IMG/VR virus record: IMGVR_UViG_3300042937_000239
Source: an uncultured virus (IMG/VR IMGVR_UViG_3300042937_000239)
Lineage: Duplodnaviria; Heunggongvirae; Uroviricota; Caudoviricetes
Length of the DNA stretch: 64,000 bases
Direction: 5' to 3' (one strand)
A program made the translations under genes and the position numbers. Every line of letters starts with the position of its first letter. The stretch's first letter is position 1. A model generated the notes under the pieces. It had not been told where the DNA came from. It saw only the letters and a list, made by a program, of their open reading frames with translations, and made no database searches. This document shows positions 8,601-18,691 of the stretch, piece after piece.

Positions 8601-8877
8601 TTGCATATGCTATATTTGCAACGTATAGAGTTGGCAAGTTATCTAGATTAGTTGTTTCTCTTAGAACTCTATGCGCAGATTTAGAATCTCGATTGATATT
8701 AACTACATTAGGTAAAAGACCAGATGACAAATTTCACTGATGAAGAAGTAGAAGAATTGCGCCAAATGATTAATGTACTTGGCGTATGTATTGGACCGCC
8801 AGAAGGCTACGATGAGACTGACCCAAGCAGCTACTGGCCTTTAGCAAAAGCTATTGTAAAATGGCAGGAGAAATTAA

Positions 8878-9258
8878 ATGCGAGTGTTTGAAAAGCTTAA
8901 TACTCTTTTAATTGCATTACAAGAGAATCCAGACTATCATGAAATCATGGAAGATCTATTACCAGTTTTAAGAGGCTTAATACCGACTAGTACATTAATG
9001 AATGACCTGGGCGGTAATGTCTATATACTTGAAACATTGGAAGATTTTAAAGAGATTGAAGTATTTGATTTAGATGATCCTGGTAAGAGCCTACTTGAGA
9101 AAGCAGGCGTATTTGACATTGTATCGTTTTGCGATGTAGATTGGATAAAAATACTCTCATTAACATCAGATAGCGGTGGTCCGGTTTATTATATTCCACG
9201 AGAGCTTGCTCGACTTAACCCAAACGTGGGAGCATCTCTTGAGCTTTCGAATTCATAG
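8878..9258 (+). CDS. hypothetical protein
   Basis: AGGAG RBS; 126 aa. Confidence 0.65.
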   Translation: MRVFEKLNTLLIALQENPDYHEIMEDLLPVLRGLIPTSTLMNDLGGNVYILETLEDFKEIEVFDLDDPGKSLLEKAGVFDIVSFCDVDWIKILSLTSDSGGPVYYIPRELARLNPNVGASLELSNS

Positions 9259-9276
9259 ACCCCGTTAAATTAACCC
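9259..9276 (+). promoter_or_regulatory. motif A copy 2 (upstream of the replication module)
   Basis: Exact ACCCCGTTAAATTAACCC. Confidence 0.75.
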
Positions 9277-9306
9277 CTATATCAACCTACTATATGAGAT
9301 TTAAAA

Positions 9307-9804
9307 ATGGCAATTCTTAAAAATATTGAAATACACTGGCCACAACTTGATAAACCTGAATCAAAGTTTAATCCTCAGAATCCAAGATGGACAATGCAAT
9401 GCCGTACTTATGATAAGGCTCTCTCGAAACAAGTTAAAGCAATGGGAGTTAAGGTTGAGGCAGAGGAATTACCAGATGGTACAGAATACTGGAGATTCTC
9501 TTTAGGAAAGAATACTGTTTCAAAAACTACAGGGAACAAGAATCCGCCTGTAGAAGTTTTAGATGGTAACTTACAACCAATTCCCTCTAAGTCTATTGGC
9601 AACGGTTCTATTGCAAATGTACGTGTTTTAGAATGGGAAGATAAGAATAAAGCTGGCGTAAGTGCTGGTGCAATCTTAATGGCAGTACAAATTACAAAAT
9701 TAATTCCTTATGTAGCAAAAGGTATTGATAAAGAATCCTTTGAAGTTACAGAGACAGAGATTGTGTATGAAGAAATGCCAGACATTGATGGAGATGTATT
9801 CTAA
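9307..9804 (+). CDS. single-stranded DNA-binding protein (T7 gp2.5-like)
   Basis: IGNGSIANV and LMAVQITKLIPY motifs; acidic tail ending in Phe; first gene of the replication module. Confidence 0.8.
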   Translation: MAILKNIEIHWPQLDKPESKFNPQNPRWTMQCRTYDKALSKQVKAMGVKVEAEELPDGTEYWRFSLGKNTVSKTTGNKNPPVEVLDGNLQPIPSKSIGNGSIANVRVLEWEDKNKAGVSAGAILMAVQITKLIPYVAKGIDKESFEVTETEIVYEEMPDIDGDVF

Positions 9805-10304
9805 TGGCACGCTATAATTATACAGCAATTAATGAAGATGGCTCTGAAGGTACAAAATATTCTGACTTCAATGAGATACCAATCAATGCTATTATTGGGG
9901 ATTATGGCCATATTAGAGCAACTCGCGCTGAAGACGGTACAATGGCAGGTGCTTTAGTAATTAGAGATGATTATGAAGCTTGGCGTGAGATGCTTGATCG
10001 CTGTCATTGGGTTCCAAAGTCTGAAGTTGCTACTGCAGTGGATCCAAAGCATTACAAGGGCTACGTAGAAGAATTCCAATGGATTGATACTATGAGCCGT
10101 ATTCCTACGCTTAAAGATCCTAAAATATTTTCTGGTGCTGTAGAAATGCAAATTAGAAAGTATCTTGATCGCAATGGGCAAAAGGATGATGTTATACAAG
10201 AGTTGCTTAAAGCACGATGGTACTTAAACTATCTGATTGCTTATAAAGTAGCAGATAGGCCAATCATGGTAGATGAGGTCGAAGATATTATATCTTCAAT
10301 TTAA
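9804..10304 (+). CDS. DUF3310 / T7 gp1.7-like protein (putative nucleotide kinase)
   Basis: AVDPKHYK...KYLDRNGQKD...QELLKARWYL. Confidence 0.7.
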   Translation: MARYNYTAINEDGSEGTKYSDFNEIPINAIIGDYGHIRATRAEDGTMAGALVIRDDYEAWREMLDRCHWVPKSEVATAVDPKHYKGYVEEFQWIDTMSRIPTLKDPKIFSGAVEMQIRKYLDRNGQKDDVIQELLKARWYLNYLIAYKVADRPIMVDEVEDIISSI

Positions 10305-10310
10305 CAACAA

Positions 10311-10341
10311 AAGGGCGTTTCGCATAAGCGGAGCGCCTTTT
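10311..10341 (+). terminator. hairpin plus short T-tract before the DNA polymerase
   Basis: GGCGTTTCGC-ATAA-GCGGAGCGCC then TTTT. Confidence 0.55.
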
Positions 10342-10355
10342 AATCGAGACTTACT

Positions 10356-12308
10356 ATGAATTATGTATTCGACATAGAATCGGATGGATTGCTGAAAGAC
10401 GTTACACGAATGTGGATTATGGTTGTTAAAGATCTTAAGACGGGTAAACGTACAAGGTTCTTAGAAGGTGATCTTGGTTGGCAAGAGTTGTTTAATAATG
10501 CTAATCAAGTCGTTGGTCATAACATTATAAATTACGACTTACCTGTTCTTGAAAAGTTGTTTGGCTATAAACTGCCAACGTATGTAAAAGCTGTAGATAC
10601 TTTAATTCTTTCACAAATACTTGACTATAAGAGATTTGGCGATAAAGGACATTCTCTTAAGGTATGGGGCGAATATTTAAATGCGCCTAAACAAGAATTT
10701 GAGGATTGGTCTAAGTACTCAGAAACAATGGCTCTCTATTGTGAAAATGACGTTGAAGTTAATACTAAAATTTTAATGGCATTGAAAGATGAACTAGACA
10801 GGGGCATTGATAGATTTCCTGAAAAGTTTAAATTAACAAGAGAGTACATTAAGGTAGAGCATGCGGTTGCTAAGTGGTGCGCTGATGCTAGTTTGCACGG
10901 CTGGCCATTTGATGTAGATAAAGCTTATGAGCTTTACGATGAGCTTGAAACAAAGATGAATATTACTTACGGGATCCTTAACAAAAAGCTTGGTGTCAAA
11001 ACTGTAGCTTGCGATAAGAAGGCTAGCGACCCTGTTGACTTTGGACGTAAGCCTAAGTTCCTAAAAGATGGCAGATATGATATACATCTTGCCCGTTGGT
11101 TTAATATTGACCAATGGAGCGGAGTAGATCCTGACGATCGTCTAGTAGTTGGAGAGTACTGTAAGTTTGAAATTGTACCATTGAGCCTTAACTCTGTGGC
11201 TGATGTAAAGATATTTCTATATAGGAATGGCTGGAAACCAACAGACTGGAACTACAAGCTAAATGCAGATCTAAAGCGTGAAAAGACAACGCCTAAGATT
11301 ACTGAAGATAGTTTAGAGTTTTTAGGCGGGGATGGTAAACTATATAGTAACTATTTGACTGAGAAGGCTAGACACTCAATTGTAAAAACATGGTTGGAGA
11401 ACGTAGATGACAATAATAGACTTCATGGAGACTGTATGGTTATCGGGACCCCTAGTATGCGTTCACGTCATAGTATTATTGTTAATATCCCTAGCCCTGA
11501 TGCTCCATACGGGAAACAAATGAGATCACTGTTCAAATGTATTCCTGGTTGGAAAATAGTAGGCTGTGACAGTGCTGGCAATCAAGCTAGAGGCTTAGCT
11601 CATTTCCTTAAAGATGATAAGTTTACAGATATTCTTTTAAATGGCGATGTTCATACTTTTAATGCAGATACTCTCAACCGTATTTTAAGAACACGTCTTT
11701 ACATTGATTGGAATGAGTACTGGATAGGGCAGGGCGTTAAGGCAGATGAAAAGCATACACTAGAAGAGAACCTTGCTATTCGTAGAAGAAATTGTGCTAA
11801 GCGGGTATTGTATGCATTCTTATTTGGCGCTTCAGGCGGCAAGCTTTGGAGCTATATGTTTAATGGAGAAATGAATGATACTAAAGGTAATAAAGTTAAA
11901 AAAGATTTTATTGCTGCAGTCCCAGGTTTTAAAGAGCTTTTGACAGAGCTAGAGACCACGTATGGTAGTACAAAGAAAACAGGACACGGCTACATTGGTA
12001 GCTTAGCGAATACTCGATTGTATGTAGATTCTTTTCATAAGTTGTTAGTGTACAAGCTACAAGCTACAGAAAAGATTACTTGTGGTGCAGCCTGCATGCT
12101 AGTACAACAATATTTACAAGAAGAAGAGATTCCTTATCAACCTTTGATTATGTATCATGACGAGTTTCAATTTATGGTACCTGAAGAGCATGCGGAGAGA
12201 GCAGTAGAGTTAGGCATAAAAGCCTTCCAAGAAGGCCCTAAATTGTTTGGAGTCACCATTATGGATGGCTCTGGTTCCTTTGGCAACACTTGGCTGGAGA
12301 CGCACTAG
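10356..12308 (+). CDS. family A DNA polymerase with 3'-5' exonuclease (T7 gp5-like)
   Basis: Exo motifs FDIESDG, GHNIINYD, YCENDV; motif A GCDSAGNQAR; motif B RNCAKRVLYAFLFG; motif C YHDEFQ. Confidence 0.95.
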   Translation: MNYVFDIESDGLLKDVTRMWIMVVKDLKTGKRTRFLEGDLGWQELFNNANQVVGHNIINYDLPVLEKLFGYKLPTYVKAVDTLILSQILDYKRFGDKGHSLKVWGEYLNAPKQEFEDWSKYSETMALYCENDVEVNTKILMALKDELDRGIDRFPEKFKLTREYIKVEHAVAKWCADASLHGWPFDVDKAYELYDELETKMNITYGILNKKLGVKTVACDKKASDPVDFGRKPKFLKDGRYDIHLARWFNIDQWSGVDPDDRLVVGEYCKFEIVPLSLNSVADVKIFLYRNGWKPTDWNYKLNADLKREKTTPKITEDSLEFLGGDGKLYSNYLTEKARHSIVKTWLENVDDNNRLHGDCMVIGTPSMRSRHSIIVNIPSPDAPYGKQMRSLFKCIPGWKIVGCDSAGNQARGLAHFLKDDKFTDILLNGDVHTFNADTLNRILRTRLYIDWNEYWIGQGVKADEKHTLEENLAIRRRNCAKRVLYAFLFGASGGKLWSYMFNGEMNDTKGNKVKKDFIAAVPGFKELLTELETTYGSTKKTGHGYIGSLANTRLYVDSFHKLLVYKLQATEKITCGAACMLVQQYLQEEEIPYQPLIMYHDEFQFMVPEEHAERAVELGIKAFQEGPKLFGVTIMDGSGSFGNTWLETH

Positions 12309-12622
12309 TGTTTGAATGCGACTGTTGTGGTAAAATATTTCATAGCGCACCTTTTATACTTGATGGTATTGAGAAGATGTTTTGTTCGGGCGGCTGTATG
12401 AAGCTTGAACAAGGTATTGTAACTGAATACACTAAAGCTCAAAGAGAAGCTATAAATAAGAAGATAGATTCAAAGCAATTAGTTCCTCGGAGAGTACCTT
12501 TGAATCCAGTTCAATTTACAATAGCACCAGGTGCAACACCAGGTCAAAGAGATTTATTGAGCATGGATATGGATACTAGAGCTAGGCTCAAGAGACTGTC
12601 TAAACGTTTCTACAGAAAATAG
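12290..12622 (+). CDS. hypothetical Zn-finger protein
   Basis: CDCCG...FCSGGC; true start uncertain. Confidence 0.5.
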   Translation: MAGDALVFECDCCGKIFHSAPFILDGIEKMFCSGGCMKLEQGIVTEYTKAQREAINKKIDSKQLVPRRVPLNPVQFTIAPGATPGQRDLLSMDMDTRARLKRLSKRFYRK

Positions 12623-12629
12623 GTGAGTT

Positions 12630-12923
12630 ATGAACAACGAGCAATACCTTTTAGTATGTTTAATGGAAGAGTTATCAGAAGCAGCACAAGAGGCTTCTAA
12701 ATGTATTAGATTCACGCTAGAGCATCAGTATGAAGAATACGAACACACAAACAAGCAAAAGCTAAAGAATGAGTTAGCAGACGTACAAGCTATTCTTATT
12801 ATGCTAGCTAGTGAATGTAATATTAGACTGAATTGTGATATGAAATCTCACATAAGAGATAAGATAGCCAAAACAGAAATGCGTATGATTTTGTCACAAG
12901 ATATGGGAGTTTTAAGAAAATGA
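12630..12923 (+). CDS. MazG-like NTP pyrophosphohydrolase
   Basis: LMEELSEAAQEASK...ELADV. Confidence 0.75.
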   Translation: MNNEQYLLVCLMEELSEAAQEASKCIRFTLEHQYEEYEHTNKQKLKNELADVQAILIMLASECNIRLNCDMKSHIRDKIAKTEMRMILSQDMGVLRK

Positions 12924-13702
12924 TAGCACTTATCGATGCGGATGGTTTAACTTATTCTGTTTGTTACAATCGTGAAAAGCAGAATCCAATAGTTAACCTC
13001 GATGATGAAGGTATGGTAACGTATACCCCTGAAGAAGAAGCTGAATACAAAGCTGATATTTTTAGAAATTTTTGTAGAGAACTTTCTGAAGTAAGTGAAA
13101 ATGTATTTGCTACAGAATCGCGTATTGTACTTAGAGGTAAGAACAATTTTAGACACGCAGTAGATGCATTCTATAAGTCTAAGAGAAATTCTGGCGGTAT
13201 AAAGAAATATGCCGATTACATCAAAGATACAGCATTGTCGTTTGAAATGGCAATAGATTCTGAAGGTTGTGAAAGTGATGATATCATACGTATCTGGGCA
13301 GAAGAGCTTAGAGCTGAAGGTAAGGAATTTATTGTTTGTACTACAGACAAAGATCTTAAGATGATTCCTGGTAAGCACTATCATTTGAAAACTAAACAAA
13401 TAAGTGAAGTATCTGAACACGAAGCTTTGGTGTCTTATCATCAGCAACTTCTAATGGGAGATGCAGTTGATAGTATTCCAGGTATTTGGAAAATGGGGCC
13501 TGTAAAGTCTGCAAAGGCTTTAAAGGACTGTGTAACACTAGAATCCTTTCAAGAAGTAGTCATAAATGAGTATATTAAAGCGTATGGCGACAGATGGCCA
13601 GAAGAGCTTACACTTACAGGCAAACTCATACATTTATGGAGATGGCCTGAAGACTACTTTAGCTTGGATGAATGGCCGCTGGCTAAGGAATTGTTAGGTT
13701 AA
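12920..13702 (+). CDS. 5'-3' exonuclease (T7 gp6 / FEN-like)
   Basis: ALIDAD; NFR...YKSKR; ESDD; DKDL; GDAVDSIPGI. Confidence 0.9.
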   Translation: MIALIDADGLTYSVCYNREKQNPIVNLDDEGMVTYTPEEEAEYKADIFRNFCRELSEVSENVFATESRIVLRGKNNFRHAVDAFYKSKRNSGGIKKYADYIKDTALSFEMAIDSEGCESDDIIRIWAEELRAEGKEFIVCTTDKDLKMIPGKHYHLKTKQISEVSEHEALVSYHQQLLMGDAVDSIPGIWKMGPVKSAKALKDCVTLESFQEVVINEYIKAYGDRWPEELTLTGKLIHLWRWPEDYFSLDEWPLAKELLG

Positions 13703-14203
13703 ATGAAATTCGAAGGAGTCGTTCCAACAACGGCTCCAGTCTCTATTAGTAGATTTTCTAATGGACACTGGAGATATTTTAAACAAATGAGAGAGGATAA
13801 GGCATATGTGGGATTCATCTATGCTATCTATGATAAAGTCCTTCTTAGATTCTATATTGGAAAGAAGAATTACTTCAGTACTGGTAAAGCTACTTTCGGA
13901 CGAGAGTCTGATTGGAAGAGATACAAGAGTAGTAGTTCAACAATTGCGGCTCACCTCAAAGAACGACCAGCAGAAGAATTTCTCTATATCTGCTTGGGGG
14001 AATACAAAACAAAAAGTGGACTCGCTTGGGCCGAAACGTGGTCGTTGGTGACACTAAAAGCACCATTCAGAGAAGATGTATACAACAAGCGAATAGAAGA
14101 AATTACGTGGAAAGTTACAGAAGATGTTGCACCACATCATGTAGAAAGATTAAATCTTATTTCTAAGGGATATATTCCAAATGACTTCGAGAGAGATTGG
14201 TAA
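13703..14203 (+). CDS. GIY-YIG-like endonuclease
   Basis: GFIYAI...FYIGKK; C-terminal YN. Confidence 0.65.
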   Translation: MKFEGVVPTTAPVSISRFSNGHWRYFKQMREDKAYVGFIYAIYDKVLLRFYIGKKNYFSTGKATFGRESDWKRYKSSSSTIAAHLKERPAEEFLYICLGEYKTKSGLAWAETWSLVTLKAPFREDVYNKRIEEITWKVTEDVAPHHVERLNLISKGYIPNDFERDW

Positions 14204-15800
14204 GACCAGCTGTCCCAAATGCGGATCTTCTGACGCTAGAAAAATATATTCAAGCGGACAGAGTCATTGTTTTTCATGCGATACACATTTTAAAGCGGAT
14301 GCAGATATGGCAATAGAATTTAAAGGTAGCGTACCAGCAACAAAAGTAACACAAAAAGTATCTCATATGGATATTAGTTCGTTACGATCTGTTGCAATAA
14401 AAGACAGAAAAATATCCAAAGAAGTTACAGAGTACTTTGGTGTTAAGATGAGATTTGGGGAAGATGGCGAAATTGATGGTCATTTTTATCCGTATGGTGA
14501 CTCTTATAAAATGAGAGCATTGCCTAAGACATTTACTTGGGTTGGCCCTAATACAAACAAACTGTTCGGTCAAGATAAGTTTAACGGTGATGGCAAAAGA
14601 CTTGTTATTACTGAGGGTGAAATTGATGCCATGTCTGTTGCACAAGCATCGTTTGAAAAGTACAAAAAGATTTATCCAGTTGTTTCAATATCATCTGCTA
14701 CAGGCACAAAAGCTTTGCTAGAGAATAGAGAATGGATAAGATCTTTTGATGAAGTAATTCTATGCTTTGACAACGATGACGCAGGCCGAGAAGCTACTGA
14801 CAAGGCTATTAAGATTATTGGTGTGGATAAAGTAAAGCTTACTAAGATGCTAGTAAAAGATGCCAACCAGCTACTTCTTGAAAAAGGCGGTACAGAGGTA
14901 ATGTCATGCATCTTTAGTGCAGCTAAGTATGTACCATCAGGTATTATGCGTAGAGATGAGCTTTGGCAAGCAATGGTAGAATACAACTCTATTCCTGTTG
15001 TACCCTATCCTCCTTGTCTAGATACGCTTAATACTAAGCTTAAGGGTATGAGAGAGCATACTATTACTTTGTTCACTTCAGGCACTGGTTCAGGCAAATC
15101 TACAATCACTAGAGAGATTGCATTACATTTAGTATCTACACAAGATACTCTGGTAGGCATTGTAGCGTTAGAAGAGCCGCCTGCAGAAACGGCTCGTAAG
15201 TTGGCTGGCATGGCTATCAGTAGAAATCCAGCTAATGAAGAACTCTCTGTAGATGACCTTAAGTGTGGCTTTGAGAGTGTGTTTGGCGATGATAGAATTA
15301 TGGTATTAGATCACCAGGGTTCTATGGATGATACATCTTTAATGGATAAGCTTGAGTATATGTGCCTCTCAGGTTGCCACTATATTATCCTTGATCACAT
15401 AACAATCTTAGTATCTGAGGGTGTTGACGGTCTTCAAGGTAATGAAGCAATTGATAGAACAATGAATGATTTATTAAGATTAGTTAGTAAGTATCCTGTG
15501 TGGCTATGCTTAGTCTCACATTTAAGAAAGACACCTACAGGTAAGAAATCATTTGAAGAGGGTCAGTTACCTTCTCTAGATGATATAAAAGGCTCAGGCT
15601 CTATTAAACAAGTATCGATGGAAATTGTAGCCTTTTCAAGAGACATGTCGCATGAAGATGAGTCAATTCGTAATCACATTAACATGCGAGTACTAAAAAG
15701 TAGATTTACAGGCTTAACAGGCAATGTGCCTGGAGTTGATTATGTACATGAAACAGGGCGTCTGCGTGCTAGCGCGGAAGAGTTTATAACAATAGTTTAG
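14181..15800 (+). CDS. primase-helicase (T7 gp4-like)
   Basis: Zn ribbon CPKC...CFSC; TOPRIM ITEGEIDA/FDND; Walker A SGTGSGKS; LDHI; VSHLRK; KGSGSIKQ. Confidence 0.95.
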   Translation: MTSREIGKTSCPKCGSSDARKIYSSGQSHCFSCDTHFKADADMAIEFKGSVPATKVTQKVSHMDISSLRSVAIKDRKISKEVTEYFGVKMRFGEDGEIDGHFYPYGDSYKMRALPKTFTWVGPNTNKLFGQDKFNGDGKRLVITEGEIDAMSVAQASFEKYKKIYPVVSISSATGTKALLENREWIRSFDEVILCFDNDDAGREATDKAIKIIGVDKVKLTKMLVKDANQLLLEKGGTEVMSCIFSAAKYVPSGIMRRDELWQAMVEYNSIPVVPYPPCLDTLNTKLKGMREHTITLFTSGTGSGKSTITREIALHLVSTQDTLVGIVALEEPPAETARKLAGMAISRNPANEELSVDDLKCGFESVFGDDRIMVLDHQGSMDDTSLMDKLEYMCLSGCHYIILDHITILVSEGVDGLQGNEAIDRTMNDLLRLVSKYPVWLCLVSHLRKTPTGKKSFEEGQLPSLDDIKGSGSIKQVSMEIVAFSRDMSHEDESIRNHINMRVLKSRFTGLTGNVPGVDYVHETGRLRASAEEFITIV

Positions 15801-15808
15801 GAATATAA

Positions 15809-16813
15809 ATGACAGCACAAATATTAACACCAAGAGAATCTTATGGTGTGGACTATCCAGCTGCAATAGAGTTTGCTATAAAGCAAGCAGAGATCGCATG
15901 GTTTGCCCATGAGATTGAAGTGGAGAAGGATATCCACGAATTGAAAACCAACTGTACTGAAGCAGAATACTTTGGTATTGTTAATACATTAAAGATCTTT
16001 GTACACTACGAAATCCATGTTGGTAACAACTATTGGAGAGATTATATACCTAGATTCTTTCCCCGTCCAGATGTACAGCGAGTAGCATCAGTACATGCTA
16101 TGACTGAGCTGAATATCCATGCTCCATTCTATTTTAAGATAAATGAACTCTTAGGTTTAAATACTGATGAGTTTATGAACTCTTACCACGAAGATGCGAT
16201 TCTTTCTGACAGATTAGAGTGGATGGAGCGTGTTGTATCTAAGCATGAAACCACAATGGAGAAGCTAACCTCAGTTGCTATATTTAGCATGATTGAAGGT
16301 GCAGTACTCTATTCATCTTTTGCATTCTTAAAGCATTTCAATTCAGATGGTAAAAATAAGTTTCAGAATATTAATGCTGGTATTAACTTCAGTGCTATTG
16401 ATGAAGATATACATGCCCGAACAGGAGCTTGGATCTTCAATACAGCTCTTCATGAAGCACTTAATGATCCTGATGAATACATTAACCTCGACACTTTATA
16501 TAATGATCTAGAAGTGACTGCTTGGATTATAGCTGAAAATGAGCGTGATATCATTCGAAAGATGTTTGAGTTTGGAGCAATCGAAGGTATTACACCATTA
16601 ATGCTAGATAATTTTGTACAAAGTAGACTTGATATATGCCTTACACGGCTAGGTGCTAAAACATTATTTGAACCATCCTATAATCCAATAGCAGACTGGT
16701 TTTATGATGATATTGAATCTAGTACTTTGCATGATACATTTATTGCCATGGGTAACGATTATAAGCGCAATTGGACGGAATCTAAATTTATATGGAAGGT
16801 GAAAAATGACTAG
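15809..16813 (+). CDS. nrdB: ribonucleotide reductase class I beta subunit
   Basis: ELNIHAPFY, EGAVLYSSFA and DEDIH di-metal motifs. Confidence 0.9.
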   Translation: MTAQILTPRESYGVDYPAAIEFAIKQAEIAWFAHEIEVEKDIHELKTNCTEAEYFGIVNTLKIFVHYEIHVGNNYWRDYIPRFFPRPDVQRVASVHAMTELNIHAPFYFKINELLGLNTDEFMNSYHEDAILSDRLEWMERVVSKHETTMEKLTSVAIFSMIEGAVLYSSFAFLKHFNSDGKNKFQNINAGINFSAIDEDIHARTGAWIFNTALHEALNDPDEYINLDTLYNDLEVTAWIIAENERDIIRKMFEFGAIEGITPLMLDNFVQSRLDICLTRLGAKTLFEPSYNPIADWFYDDIESSTLHDTFIAMGNDYKRNWTESKFIWKVKND

Positions 16814-18512
16814 TATTTATCGCGAATTAAGCGTTGAGCGTAAACGATTACAGCAAGAAGGTAAGCTCCCTAGTTGGATTATTACTAATAGCTGGCAACT
16901 CCTTAAGGAAAAATATGTTAGTGAAAAATATCCAGACTTACTGTCAATCTATACTCGTATTGCTAAGCACGCGAGTACTTACACGGATAGTCCAGCAACT
17001 TGGGAAACCAAATTCTTCGAACTTCTCTGGAAAGGTTGGCTTATTCCTTCTACGCCTGTGTGTGCCAATATGGGTACGGGTAACGGATGCCCCGTATCAT
17101 GTTCCGGAGGTACAGTCCAGGATTCAGTATATGACTTCTATGCCAAGCAACAAGAAGCCGCAGTCCTCTCGCAGCAAGGATATGGTACTAGTAATTATCT
17201 TGGTAATATTCGTAAACGTGGTGCCCCTATTTCTGGTGTGGCCGGATCTGCTTCAGGTGTGTTACCAGTATTTAAGGGATTTGTTAAAGTAGCACAAGAC
17301 ATTTCTCAAGGCTCACAACGTAGAGGTGCTTGGGCAGGGTATTTGGAGATTGAACATGGTGATTTTGACGAACTCGCAACTCATATTCTTAACTTTCCTG
17401 ATGATGCTAATGTCGGTTGGATCATTAGTGATGATTTTATTCGTCGTTTAAATGCAGGAGACAAGGATGCTTTAAGACGCTATCAAAAAGCAATGAAACT
17501 TAGATTGCTAGGCAAAGGTTACTTCTTCTTTAAAGACAAGGTTAATCGTGCAGCGCCACATGCTTATAAACGTAGAGATTTACAAGTCAACGCTTCTAAT
17601 TTATGTACTGAGATTGCATTGTTTAGTGGTATTCACTGGGATGAAGAATATACATTCTCTTGTGTACTCTCATCAATGAATGCTTCTAAGTATGATGAGT
17701 GGAAAGGAACAGACGCTGTGTTTACAGCTACTGTGTTCTTAGACTGTGTCAATGAAGATCAAATTCGTATTGGTAAGACAAAGCCTGGTATGGAGCGTAT
17801 CACTCGTTTTGCTGAAAAATCAAGAGCATTAGGCTTAGGCTTACTAGGCTTTCACAGTTATTTACAAGACCATAGCATTCCATTTGAGAGCTTTGATGCT
17901 CATCTAATCAGTCAAGAAATGTTTAAGCATCTTAATTCTGCGTCCCTAATGGCATCTATTTGGATGGCTAAAGCATGGGGCGAGCCTGAGTGGTGTTTAG
18001 ACCTTGGTATTCGTAATACACATAGAATAGCTATTGCGCCTAATCTTTCTAGTTCATTGATTGCTGGTGGTACATCTCAAGGTATTGAGCCTATCTATAA
18101 GAATGCGTTTGTACAGAATACTGCAGGCGGTAAGATGAGAAGATCATCACCTGCTCTAATGAAACTGATTGAGAGAGAAGGACTTGATGTACAAAAGACT
18201 CTCAAAGATATCATCAGAAACAATGGCTCTGTACAGCATGTTGAATGGTTAACTGATCATGAGAAAGATGTGTTTAAAACTGCATTTGAAATCAATCAGA
18301 AGAGTATCTTAAAGCTAGCAGCAGCTAGACAACCTTATATTGACCAAGGTCAATCTATTAACCTCTTCTTTGATGCCGATGAGAGTGAAGAGTACATCTC
18401 TGAAATTCATCAAGAAGCATTTGAGTTAGAAGGTATTAAATCGTTGTATTATATTCGCACTACTAATGGTGCAAGGACCAATAAAGATGAATGTCTCTCA
18501 TGCCACGGGTGA
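16806..18512 (+). CDS. nrdA: ribonucleotide reductase class I alpha subunit (short; no ATP cone apparent)
   Basis: PSTP; SNLCTEI; AIAPN.SS; KSLYY; C-terminal CLSC. Confidence 0.9.
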   Translation: MTSIYRELSVERKRLQQEGKLPSWIITNSWQLLKEKYVSEKYPDLLSIYTRIAKHASTYTDSPATWETKFFELLWKGWLIPSTPVCANMGTGNGCPVSCSGGTVQDSVYDFYAKQQEAAVLSQQGYGTSNYLGNIRKRGAPISGVAGSASGVLPVFKGFVKVAQDISQGSQRRGAWAGYLEIEHGDFDELATHILNFPDDANVGWIISDDFIRRLNAGDKDALRRYQKAMKLRLLGKGYFFFKDKVNRAAPHAYKRRDLQVNASNLCTEIALFSGIHWDEEYTFSCVLSSMNASKYDEWKGTDAVFTATVFLDCVNEDQIRIGKTKPGMERITRFAEKSRALGLGLLGFHSYLQDHSIPFESFDAHLISQEMFKHLNSASLMASIWMAKAWGEPEWCLDLGIRNTHRIAIAPNLSSSLIAGGTSQGIEPIYKNAFVQNTAGGKMRRSSPALMKLIEREGLDVQKTLKDIIRNNGSVQHVEWLTDHEKDVFKTAFEINQKSILKLAAARQPYIDQGQSINLFFDADESEEYISEIHQEAFELEGIKSLYYIRTTNGARTNKDECLSCHG

Positions 18513-18652
18513 AGTACAGGTAACATTAACTGGCGATAGCCACCAAAGACGCAAAAAGCTAAGAGAATTATATCGTACTTATAGATATGTACAAATGAAA
18601 CTCTATGGTGGCTTCTTTGTAAAGAATACATATATTTGTTGGAACTAATCAT

Positions 18653-18678
18653 AGGGAGGACTTCGGTCTTCCCTTTTT
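18653..18678 (+). terminator. intrinsic terminator
   Basis: AGGGAGGAC-TTCG-GTCTTCCCT plus T-tract. Confidence 0.75.
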
Positions 18679-18691
18679 AACGGAGAGTAAG

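Noticed and set aside
13703..14203. GIY-YIG ORF as an intron-encoded homing endonuclease
   Set aside because: Free-standing between intact exonuclease and primase genes, with no interrupted host gene
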